A DNA stretch of 64,000 bases from Polyangiaceae bacterium (GTDB taxonomy: Bacteria; Myxococcota_A; Polyangia; Polyangiales; Polyangiaceae): the NCBI GenBank assembly GCA_044376115.1, contig JBILLK010000038.1, positions 27,489 to 91,488 on the forward strand, in the 5' to 3' direction. This document shows, one piece after another, positions 9,374-17,724 of the stretch. Numbering within the stretch: position 1 is the first letter of the stretch; every line of letters begins with the position of its first letter. A program made the position numbers and the translations under genes. A model generated the notes under the pieces. It was given only the letters and a program-made list of their open reading frames with translations, did no database searches and was not told the DNA's origin.

Positions 9374-11008
9374 ATGCGACCAACGACGGTGATGAAGCGA
9401 TGGCGTCGGGGCGTGATTTCCCTTTTGGCGCTCTCTGGGTGCATCGGCCAAATCGGCGAGGACGCGGGTGAGGCTGGGACCTCCGGTGGCCCGGGTCCCA
9501 CGTCCGAGGTGCTCGGCTCGCCGAACTTTCGCAGGCTGTCCAGCCACGAGGTAGAACAGACGCTCGAGGACGTGCTCGTCGAGTTCGGCATCAGCGCGAC
9601 GGCCGACGATCTGCTGCTGCCTGCTCCGGACGTGCGCTACTCGTTCTCCAACACCGCTGACTCCGGCAACCTCGGCACGATGCAGATCCAGAGCATCATG
9701 TCGTGGGCCGAGTCGGTGTCGGCGCTGTTCGTCGCAGATGCGCCCGCAGTGCTCGGCTGCACGCCGACGCCGGTGTGGGACGGATGTGTGAGCGACTTCG
9801 CGTCGCGTCTCGGACGGCTGACGTATCGCCGACCGCTCGCCGAGGAGGAGCTAGCGACGTTCCAAGCCGTCTACGAGGCCGTTATGGCGCAACCGGAGCA
9901 GCCGACCGACGGGGTTCGGGCGGTGGTCGAGCTGGCCTTTCAGAGCCCCCACCACTGGTACCTCTCGAACGAGACGCGGCCCAACTCGCAGCAGCTGACC
10001 TCCCACGCGATCGCCGGTCGGCTCTCCTACTTTCTCTGGGGTTCGATGCCCGACGCGGCACTCCGCGACGCAGCCGACGGCGACCAGCTGAGCACACCCG
10101 AACAGGTTCGGGCGCAAGCGGAACGGCTGCTCGATGATCCGCGCGCCGAAGTGGTCATCAAGCGCTTCCACCGCGAGTGGCTGCACGTCGACAGCGCCAC
10201 CACCCTCAGCAAGAACCCTTCGATCTATCCGAGCTTCGACGCGGAGCTCGCTGCGGACATGGACCAAGAGTTCGACATGTTCGCGGTGCGCGCCGTGTCG
10301 GAAGGTTCGGTCCCGGATCTCTTGGCCGGCCGCGAGACCTTCGTGAATTCGCGCCTCGAGGGCTTGTTCGGAGTCAGCGGCTCCTCGTCCGGCCCCGACG
10401 ACTGGGTCCTGCGACCGCTCGAGGATCGCGCCGGCATCCTCGGTCGCCCGCTGTTCCTCGCCAACACGGCCGGAACAGGCGAGTCGGCGCTGGTGCACCG
10501 CGGAGTCGCGGTGGTGGAGAAGTACCTCTGCCAAAAGCTCGAGATCCCCGCCGACATCGCTGACGAGATCGTCCCCATCCCGCCCGACGCGACCTCGGGC
10601 AAGATGGTCGCCGTCGAGGATCGCGCCTCGAAAGCCAAGTGCTCCGTCTGCCACGATACGATCGATCCGATCGGCATCTCCTTCGAGGTGTTCGACGCCA
10701 TCGGGGCCTACCGCGAGAGCTACCCGGACGGCGTTTCGATCGATCCATCGGGCGAGCTCGAGGCAGGCCTCGTCCCGGAATCGGTCAGCTACGCTTCGTC
10801 GCTCGAGCTGCTCACCGCCCTCGCCTCGCAGCCGCAGGCGCAAACCTGCTACGCGTCGCGCTGGGTCGAATGGTCGACGGGCCATCACCCAACCGGGGAC
10901 ACCTTGCGTGAGGTCGAACGCCTAGCCGAACACGGGCCCGTGTCGATCCGTGCGCTGCTCCTCGAGGTCGCCGCCTCTCCCCTACTCACTCATCGCGAGG
11001 ACTTCTGA
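9374..11008 (+). CDS. DUF1592/DUF1595/DUF1588 family lipoprotein
   Basis: RRLS, RLSYFLWGSMPD, RAGIL, CSVCH, IDPIG motifs; lipobox LSGC. Confidence 0.85.
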   Translation: MRPTTVMKRWRRGVISLLALSGCIGQIGEDAGEAGTSGGPGPTSEVLGSPNFRRLSSHEVEQTLEDVLVEFGISATADDLLLPAPDVRYSFSNTADSGNLGTMQIQSIMSWAESVSALFVADAPAVLGCTPTPVWDGCVSDFASRLGRLTYRRPLAEEELATFQAVYEAVMAQPEQPTDGVRAVVELAFQSPHHWYLSNETRPNSQQLTSHAIAGRLSYFLWGSMPDAALRDAADGDQLSTPEQVRAQAERLLDDPRAEVVIKRFHREWLHVDSATTLSKNPSIYPSFDAELAADMDQEFDMFAVRAVSEGSVPDLLAGRETFVNSRLEGLFGVSGSSSGPDDWVLRPLEDRAGILGRPLFLANTAGTGESALVHRGVAVVEKYLCQKLEIPADIADEIVPIPPDATSGKMVAVEDRASKAKCSVCHDTIDPIGISFEVFDAIGAYRESYPDGVSIDPSGELEAGLVPESVSYASSLELLTALASQPQAQTCYASRWVEWSTGHHPTGDTLREVERLAEHGPVSIRALLLEVAASPLLTHREDF

Positions 11009-11009
11009 T

Positions 11010-12425
11010 ATGGGCCATCGACCGGATCAGCTCGTAGCGCGCCGCGGGCGGCGACGCTTCTTGATGGGCGGCGCAGCCGCACTTGCCTTGCCCTTTTTGG
11101 AATCCCTCAGGCAACCGAAGCCTGGCTTCGCCTGGACGCCGCAGGCCGGGATGCCGCGCAGGCTCGTGTCCTTCTTCCACGGCCACGGCTTCATCATGGA
11201 GGAGTTCGTGCCGGGCCCGAACATGAGCTTGGGCGCCATCCTGCAACCGATCGCCGACGCAGGGCTGGTGAACAAGTCGCTGGTGGTCACCGGCATCAAC
11301 ATGAAGGTCGCGAGTGGCCACGCTGGGACGCCCTCGCTCTTTACCTGCACGCCCTTGGTGGCCGACCAATACGGCATCACGCACGGCACGACGCCTTCGG
11401 TCGACCACGTGATCGCGCGGCACATGCAAGACGGCGGGCTGGCCCGTCGCCTGGACCTCGGCGTGTCGATGAACAGCACCAATCCCGACTCCAACGGCCT
11501 GACCGATGAGCATGAGCGCGTCTTTTGGTCCGGGGACGACGAGCTGATCCCGTCGATCATCAAGCCGCAGCTCGCCTTCGACACGGTGTTTCCGAATGGC
11601 CCGCCGACCGGCACCGATCCGCCCCCCAGCGTGGACTACCTCACCATCCGGCGCCGCAGCGTGCTCGACGGCGTGCTCGAGGACTTCAACCGACTCGAGG
11701 GGCGCGTCTCCGCAGCCGATCGCATTCGGTTGGAGGCGCACGCCGAGCGAATCCGTGAGGTCGAGCAATCGCTCGGTGGCGGCACCGGTCCGGTGCCGGT
11801 GGGTTGTACCGATGGGCTCCGTGTGCCGCTCAATGGCTTGGATCACCGCGGCGTCGCCGAGGCGCAGATCGATATTCTGGCGCACGCGATCGCTTGCAAC
11901 ATCTTCGACGTTGGCAGCTTCCGCGTGCACGATCTCGAAGAGAACGCGTGGAGCCACGTAAGCCACCCCAACCTCGCCGAGACCTTCGCCGGGGAGAACT
12001 ACCACGGCGCTTGGCACCGCGCCTCCGACCAAGGCCTGAGCACCGCGCGCGCCGCCTTCACGGCGATCAACGCCTGGTACGGCACGCTGTTCGCGCGGCT
12101 GCTGCAAAAGCTCGATCAAATCGATGAAGGGGAAGGCACCGCGCTCGACAACACGATGGTGCTGTGGGCCTGCGACTTCGGCCACGGCGGCGGTCACTCG
12201 TCCGACAACCTTGGCATCGTGATCGCCGGCAACGCAGGCGGCGCCGAACTAGGCCGTCACGTGAACTACGCAAGCGATCCCATCAGTGCCTACGGCGCGC
12301 CATCGCAGCCCGGGAACCACAACCTCGCCGTCACCATGACGAACGCGTTCGGCATCCCCGGCGACACCTTCGGCGACTACACCAATGTGATCCAGCCCGT
12401 CGAGGCCGGCCCACTCGCGTTGTAG
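11010..12425 (+). CDS. DUF1552 family protein
   Basis: RRRFL...LALPFLESL leader, PSVDHVIA, RRSVLD, TALDNT; usual partner of DUF1592. Confidence 0.85.
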   Translation: MGHRPDQLVARRGRRRFLMGGAAALALPFLESLRQPKPGFAWTPQAGMPRRLVSFFHGHGFIMEEFVPGPNMSLGAILQPIADAGLVNKSLVVTGINMKVASGHAGTPSLFTCTPLVADQYGITHGTTPSVDHVIARHMQDGGLARRLDLGVSMNSTNPDSNGLTDEHERVFWSGDDELIPSIIKPQLAFDTVFPNGPPTGTDPPPSVDYLTIRRRSVLDGVLEDFNRLEGRVSAADRIRLEAHAERIREVEQSLGGGTGPVPVGCTDGLRVPLNGLDHRGVAEAQIDILAHAIACNIFDVGSFRVHDLEENAWSHVSHPNLAETFAGENYHGAWHRASDQGLSTARAAFTAINAWYGTLFARLLQKLDQIDEGEGTALDNTMVLWACDFGHGGGHSSDNLGIVIAGNAGGAELGRHVNYASDPISAYGAPSQPGNHNLAVTMTNAFGIPGDTFGDYTNVIQPVEAGPLAL

Positions 12426-12453
12426 AAGCGGGCTAGGGCGGGCCTGGTCAACA

Positions 12454-13041
12454 TCAGAAGTCACCGTCCTTCACGTACGGGTGGCTCCACAACGTGACCT
12501 GCAACAGGCACGACTTGACCCACGCCGCGTACATCTTCTCGACGTCCTCGGGCGAGTGCCCCTGCTTCGCCAGAAACGGTCGCAAGGTGAAGGTCACCGG
12601 GAAGATCAGAGCGAACAGGTTGCGGAACGGCACGAGGTCGGTCGAGGGCGCGCTGTCGGTCTTGTTCTTCTTCAGCCGATGATGCCGAAGCCCGATCTCG
12701 TGTTGGTAGTCGAGCCACGTTTGGTCGTAGTCGGCACGCGCCGTATCAAGGATCCATCGGCCGAAGCGCTTGCGTACCGCGCCCAGATAGTCGCCGAGAG
12801 GCTGACCGTCGGTCTTGCCGGTGAACGAGGCCAGCAGGTGAGGTTGACTGCCGACGAAGCCGTACCAGACGTCGAGGATGGCCTCCACTTCGTCCTTCAC
12901 GATGTCGTGAGACTTGCGCAGGAAGTTCACGTCCTCTTCACCGAAGAGCACGCTCGCTTTCATCTGCTCGAAGTCGCTCAAGGTCACGGGGGACTTCGCG
13001 ACTGCCGAGGTGCCGTGGGTGTAACCGGGGATGCTGTTCAT
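12454..13041 (-). CDS. Protoglobin-like globin
   Basis: IPGYTHG N-terminus, ILDVWYGFV, WLDYQHEIGLRHH...KKNKTD; AGGAAG RBS upstream. Confidence 0.85.
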   Translation of the reverse strand: MNSIPGYTHGTSAVAKSPVTLSDFEQMKASVLFGEEDVNFLRKSHDIVKDEVEAILDVWYGFVGSQPHLLASFTGKTDGQPLGDYLGAVRKRFGRWILDTARADYDQTWLDYQHEIGLRHHRLKKNKTDSAPSTDLVPFRNLFALIFPVTFTLRPFLAKQGHSPEDVEKMYAAWVKSCLLQVTLWSHPYVKDGDF

Positions 13042-13156
13042 GTTGTTCTCTTCCTGCTCGGAGCAAAGCTCCGCTTGCCGCGAGCCGAGATGGCCGCGGA
13101 AAATTCGTTTGCTGTATCCACCTTCGGTGGACTCTCTTCCTGAGGTCTCGCTGCGC

Positions 13157-13816
13157 TCAGGTCGGGCGCAGGAAGCGCTCCCAAAGCTCGCTGCGAGCCG
13201 TCTCGGCTGCGAGCTCGTGCTCAGCGCAATCGAGCCGCACTTGCTCGTTTGCGAGCGGTGCATCGACGAAGGCGCAGTGATGCGGCGACGGGCCAGTCCG
13301 GACGTTGGGCCGGAAGTGCGTGCACGTCACGCACATACCGCTTAGCGGTACGAGGCCCTGCTCCTGCAGCGTGCGGACCATCTTCACCACGCCCGAGAAG
13401 AACGCGCGCTGCTCCTCCACCGTCAGGTCCCCCAGCGAGGCCGCGAGGAACTCCGGCCAGGAGCGCGCACGTGCGCCGAGCTGCGCGCCCTTCTTCGTCA
13501 GCGTGAGCAGGCTTGCGCGCGGGTGACGCGGATCCGGCGACTTCACGAGCAGCGCCTTCTCGACCAGCACGCGCACCGAGTCGCTGATCGTCGGCAGCGT
13601 CACCCCGAGCCGCTGACTCAGCTCCGAGCCGGTGAGCGGCCCGTGGCTCACGATCGCCGCCAGGATCTGCCCCTGCGTCGCGGACAGCCCCTCCTCGTTC
13701 GCCTGCTGCCAGGCCTGCTGCTTCATCGCCAGTCCGACCTTGTGCAGCCCCGTAGCGATGCGCGACGACAGCGGCTCGGTGTTCTCCTCGAAGTACGGCA
13801 AGCGCGTCCGGCTCAT
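13157..13816 (-). CDS. MarR family regulator with Cys/His-rich C-terminal domain
   Basis: Winged helix (LGVTLPTISDSV...DPRHPR) plus CVTCTHF, HHC, DCAEH. Confidence 0.88.
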   Translation of the reverse strand: MSRTRLPYFEENTEPLSSRIATGLHKVGLAMKQQAWQQANEEGLSATQGQILAAIVSHGPLTGSELSQRLGVTLPTISDSVRVLVEKALLVKSPDPRHPRASLLTLTKKGAQLGARARSWPEFLAASLGDLTVEEQRAFFSGVVKMVRTLQEQGLVPLSGMCVTCTHFRPNVRTGPSPHHCAFVDAPLANEQVRLDCAEHELAAETARSELWERFLRPT

Positions 13817-13851
13817 GACTACGATCTAACTTAGGAGTCCTAAGCTGTCAA
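13817..13851 (-). promoter_or_regulatory. Promoter of MarR-protoglobin unit with dyad operator
   Basis: TTGACA (13851-13846)-N17-TAGATC; dyad CTTAGGA-G-TCCTAAG (13830-13844) in the spacer. Confidence 0.7.
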
Positions 13852-13921
13852 CGTAGCTTCTTCGCTTTGTCTGCGTACCGGCCCGTATCTCACCGCTCGG
13901 GTCGTGAGCTAGGCTTCGCAG

Positions 13922-15601
13922 GTGCGGTCTTCGAGCAAGCTTCGTCTCCCAATCTTCAACGTCGTCGCCCTGCCCTTCGCCCTGCTCACCGCACTCGGTT
14001 GCGCCGATGAGCGCCTCGATCCCGTCCCGGTCGTCGAGCCCCCGGCGATCCTCGACGAGAACGGTCGCGTCCCCGACCTCCGTTGCCCCGGCACGCCCGG
14101 GTGCGAGTCATCGGCGGGCGAGCTCCGAGCGGGCGTCGCGGTCGAGCCGATCACACCGGTCATCGAGCCGTTCGAGGATCTCGACGGGAGCGGCAAATGG
14201 GACGAGGGCGAGCCGTTCGAGGATCTCGATGGTGACGGCGTTTGGGACGGCGTGTGGATCGCCGGCTTCTCGCTCGGGCGCGCCGCAACCGGCGTACACG
14301 ACGACGTGTGGGCTCGCGCGATCGTGCTCGAGAAGGGCGACGTTCGGGTCGGCATGGTCTCGCTCGATCTCGTCGGCTTCTTTCACGACGACGTCGTCGC
14401 CGTGCGCCTCGCAGCCAAGGAGGCCGGGCTCGATCTCGATCACGTGGTGGTCTCGTCGACACACACGCACGAGGGGCCGGACACGATGGGCATCTGGGGA
14501 CGCGCGATCGGAGAGAGCGGATACTCGCCCGAGTACGTGCAGGGCGTCGTCATCGCCGGCGCCGTGAAGGCCCTGATCGAAGCCGACGCCTCGCTGCGCC
14601 CCGCCAAGCTGCGCGTCGCCGTCGGCGAGGCCCCCGATCTCGTGAACGACACGCGCCTCCCCGAGGTGATCGATCAAGCCTTCACGCTGCTGCAGTTTCA
14701 GGACCCGGCCACGAGCGATCCCTTCGCAACGGCGGCCTTCTGGGGCAACCACCCCGAGGCGCTCGGCTCCGACAACACGCTCATCACCTCGGACTTCCCC
14801 CACTACCTGCGCGACGAGCTCGAGGTGCGCTACCCCGGCGCGCCGGCCGTGTTCTTCAACGGCTCACTGGGCGGGCTCTCGACCACGATCGGCGTCCTCG
14901 CCTGCCCCGATGCGAGCGGCGAAGAGACCTGCCCGCAGGGCACCTGGGAGCGCGCCGAACGCATCGGCCGCGGGGCCGCAGCGGCGGCCGCCGACGCCCT
15001 CGACGCAAACTCAGCGACCGTGCTCGAGGGCGACGCCGCCTCGCTCGCCGTGACGCGGCGCTCCTTCCTGCTCACCACCACCAACGGCAGCCTCGCCTTC
15101 GCCTTCTGGATCGGCCTGCTGCCCCGCAACCTCTTCTGGCTCGACACCGGCAAGCAGCTCACCCAAGAGGACGTCGACGTACTCGCGCCGACGACGCTGC
15201 TCGAGAACACCATCGGGCTCCAATCCGAACTCAACCTCGTCGAGCTCGGCAGCGTCGCGATCGTCACGGTCCCCGGCGAACTCTACCCCGAGCTCTGGCT
15301 ACAAAAGCCCGACGGCGGCAGCTTCATCGAGCGCCCAGAAGGCGGGGACTTCCCCGACGCCGAGCTCGAACTCCAGCTCCAATCCCTGCTCCCGCCCGGC
15401 GTCGTCCCCGTCATCATCAACAACGGCAACGACTCGCTCGGCTACATCCTCCCCAAGACCCAATGGGACTCCGTCGTGCCCTACGCCTACGGCGAGACCG
15501 ACGATCCACAATACGGCGAGCAAAACTCCCTCGGCCCCGACACCGCCGGGCGCCTCTCGGAGCAGTTCGAGTCGCTTGTTTCTGGTGCCGACAAGCCGTA
15601 G
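13922..15601 (+). CDS. Neutral/alkaline ceramidase-like lipoprotein
   Basis: GVHDDVWAR, STHTHEGPD, GNHPE, SDFP, PGELYPE motifs; lipobox ALGC. Confidence 0.75.
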   Translation: MRSSSKLRLPIFNVVALPFALLTALGCADERLDPVPVVEPPAILDENGRVPDLRCPGTPGCESSAGELRAGVAVEPITPVIEPFEDLDGSGKWDEGEPFEDLDGDGVWDGVWIAGFSLGRAATGVHDDVWARAIVLEKGDVRVGMVSLDLVGFFHDDVVAVRLAAKEAGLDLDHVVVSSTHTHEGPDTMGIWGRAIGESGYSPEYVQGVVIAGAVKALIEADASLRPAKLRVAVGEAPDLVNDTRLPEVIDQAFTLLQFQDPATSDPFATAAFWGNHPEALGSDNTLITSDFPHYLRDELEVRYPGAPAVFFNGSLGGLSTTIGVLACPDASGEETCPQGTWERAERIGRGAAAAAADALDANSATVLEGDAASLAVTRRSFLLTTTNGSLAFAFWIGLLPRNLFWLDTGKQLTQEDVDVLAPTTLLENTIGLQSELNLVELGSVAIVTVPGELYPELWLQKPDGGSFIERPEGGDFPDAELELQLQSLLPPGVVPVIINNGNDSLGYILPKTQWDSVVPYAYGETDDPQYGEQNSLGPDTAGRLSEQFESLVSGADKP

Positions 15602-15644
15602 ACGCTTCGCGCGGGCCTCACGGGAAGCCAAGCGCGCGGCCCCC

Positions 15645-15971
15645 TCATCGATTCGGCGCGTCGCCCTCGAGGCTCTCTCGCAAAAACTCAACGTAGAACC
15701 GAACTGCGCCCAGCGGTTCAATGTGGTGCGCCACGCCGGGAAGTACGACCCCGGAACGCCCGGCGGAGAGCACAAGCTCAACACCATGCGCCAGCACGAC
15801 ATAACGAAGTTCACCCTCGAGCACGACAATGCTGGCCCACACATCCGGCTTCGTCGTGTGCTCCCGAAGTAGCGCCTTGGGCACCGTATGCTCGGTCCAC
15901 TCAGCGGTGCGCTTGTACGGCGTGAGCCCAGCAGGCAGCTCGAGAAACTTTCTTTCGGATTGCACCACCAA
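15645..15971 (-). CDS. DUF1971 (YeaR/TehB-N-like) cupin protein
   Basis: YKRT...VPKALLREHTTK..VW...LEGELRY...HHIEP...FYVEF. Confidence 0.8.
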   Translation of the reverse strand: MVVQSERKFLELPAGLTPYKRTAEWTEHTVPKALLREHTTKPDVWASIVVLEGELRYVVLAHGVELVLSAGRSGVVLPGVAHHIEPLGAVRFYVEFLRESLEGDAPNR

Positions 15972-16093
15972 GGTTTAGCAGAGCCTCTCACGCAGGCGGA
16001 ATGCACCTGATTTGCTACGTCAACGGCGAACCAGAGACGATCTTGGCGGACCGTCTGTGTCAGAATGGCCGTGGGTTTTCACGAGAGGTGCTT

Positions 16094-16483
16094 ATGCGTG
16101 CGTTGGCCGGTGGAATGCTACTCGTCGCATCGCTCTCCATTGCCTGCGAGGAGAGTACGACGGATGTGGGCGGTCCGCCCCTGCCCGCGCCGACCTTCGA
16201 GTGCGCGGGGGCTGAGAGCAGCCCCATTCAGTGCACGACGGGCGAGCTCTGCGTCGTCATGAGGTACCACCCCAACGGTGGGTACCACTTCGACGAGGAG
16301 CTGAAGTGCACTGCCATGCCTGCCGAGTGCCTCGACGAGTATGCGGACAACTGGGGATGGTGCGATTGCTTGGCTTACGCAAGCTGCCCCTGGTGCGACT
16401 GGGACGGATTCGCCACGGTTGAAGACTGCACCGATCAGAGCATCGTTGTGGACTGGGAGGAGGAAGCTCTACCGCCAATATGA
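16094..16483 (+). CDS. Cys-rich putative lipoprotein
   Basis: GAGGTG RBS, signal peptide ending SIAC, many Cys. Confidence 0.65.
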   Translation: MRALAGGMLLVASLSIACEESTTDVGGPPLPAPTFECAGAESSPIQCTTGELCVVMRYHPNGGYHFDEELKCTAMPAECLDEYADNWGWCDCLAYASCPWCDWDGFATVEDCTDQSIVVDWEEEALPPI

Positions 16484-16583
16484 CTCAAACCTCAGGACGA
16501 ATGATGGTCGTCGCTGGGACCCCAATCGGACGCCCTCTAGAACGAGAGCGGCGAGAGGCGCGAGCTGCGCGGCCACAGCGCCG

Positions 16584-16686
16584 GAGGATGGGCGGCCCAA
16601 TTGGACGTTTTGTTGAATTGCGCCCTCGATCGGCTGGGGATCGGCGGTCGAACTCAACAAAAACGCCAGTTCGCAGGCCGATCCTC
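16584..16686. repeat. Palindromic element B, copy 2
   Basis: 16597-16686 is identical to 17525-17614 (90 bp); long imperfect inverted repeat. Confidence 0.9.
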
Positions 16687-16732
16687 GCCGCGCACCATAG
16701 CGCTGGCGGCCGCGGACACGTAGAGTCCGCCG

Positions 16733-17443
16733 ATGGCCGTCTCCTACTACACGCTCGAGCGCACCACCGTCGTGGACGCGGCGGGCACCCGGCTTGACGA
16801 GACGATGTTCACGACCTCGCGCGAGCGGCTGGAGCATGCCATCCGCGCCGCCATCGAACGCAGCAGCGGCTACGTCGAAGACAACCTCCGGGTCGCGTGG
16901 TGGGTGACGCTGGAACGAGGCGAGAACGCGCTGGCCGAGCACAGCCCTCCGTGGCTCGCGGTCAGCGATCGCCGCTCGCTCCGGCGCGCCCTCGTCGCCG
17001 ACGCTACGGTGACGCGAGGGGGCCAGACGCTCGCGCTGCACGTGGATCAGCCGGCGCTCGCGTCCGGTCGGCGCAAGGCTGCGTTGCCGTTTTACCTCGG
17101 TGACGAGCGCTTCGCTTCGCTCGAGGCGGTCGGCGCCGCGGCCGCGCTCGACCCGCTGCGCCGCGCCGTTGGCGAGGTGGAGGTGCGCTTCGACTTCACG
17201 ACCCTGTTCACGTCGATCCCGTCTCTCGAGCGACCGCCGCTCGAGAGCTCGCTGCGCTTCGTCCCGTTCTTCAAGAGCGAAGACTTCCGCGAGCTGTGGG
17301 AGGACGAGGCAGCCGACGTCGACCTCGGTCCCGTCCGCGGGGACACCTGGGACGGACGCCTCCCGCTCGACACGTGGCTCTCGCTCGAGCCCCTGCACAC
17401 CCTCTGTCTCGATGCCGACGTCACGTTCAAGCTCGCACCGTGA
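16733..17443 (+). CDS. Hypothetical protein flanked by two B elements
   Basis: 236-aa ORF with GC3-rich codons; no motif recognised. Confidence 0.65.
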   Translation: MAVSYYTLERTTVVDAAGTRLDETMFTTSRERLEHAIRAAIERSSGYVEDNLRVAWWVTLERGENALAEHSPPWLAVSDRRSLRRALVADATVTRGGQTLALHVDQPALASGRRKAALPFYLGDERFASLEAVGAAAALDPLRRAVGEVEVRFDFTTLFTSIPSLERPPLESSLRFVPFFKSEDFRELWEDEAADVDLGPVRGDTWDGRLPLDTWLSLEPLHTLCLDADVTFKLAP

Positions 17444-17513
17444 GGGGCGGCTACGCAGGAGAAACGCGATAGCGCGCCAATGCTGCTGCTTCGCCCGCCG
17501 CGGGCCGAATCTT

Positions 17514-17614
17514 GGATGGGCAGTCCAATTGGACGTTTTGTTGAATTGCGCCCTCGATCGGCTGGGGATCGGCGGTCGAACTCAACAAAAACGCCAGTTC
17601 GCAGGCCGATCCTC
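17514..17614. repeat. Palindromic element B, copy 3
   Basis: Same 90-bp core as copy 2; lies upstream of hsdR. Confidence 0.9.
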
Positions 17615-17724
17615 CCCGCGCTCGCCAAGGCGAGCGGCTGGTCGCAGCCCCGCCCAACAATCTCCATCCCCTGGCTATTCGACAGTTGACCAACGCTCGG
17701 GCTACTCGGAGGATCGCGGGCGGC

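Noticed and set aside
13100..13160. Glycine riboswitch (CACCGAAG motif)
   Set aside because: Other aptamer elements are not in the expected order, and the motif is a self-contained dyad
130..17398. Long antisense or alternate-frame ORFs (e.g. 130-1188, 9851-10888, 14242-15696, 16469-17398)
   Set aside because: Shadow ORFs expected in high-GC DNA; they overlap better-supported genes
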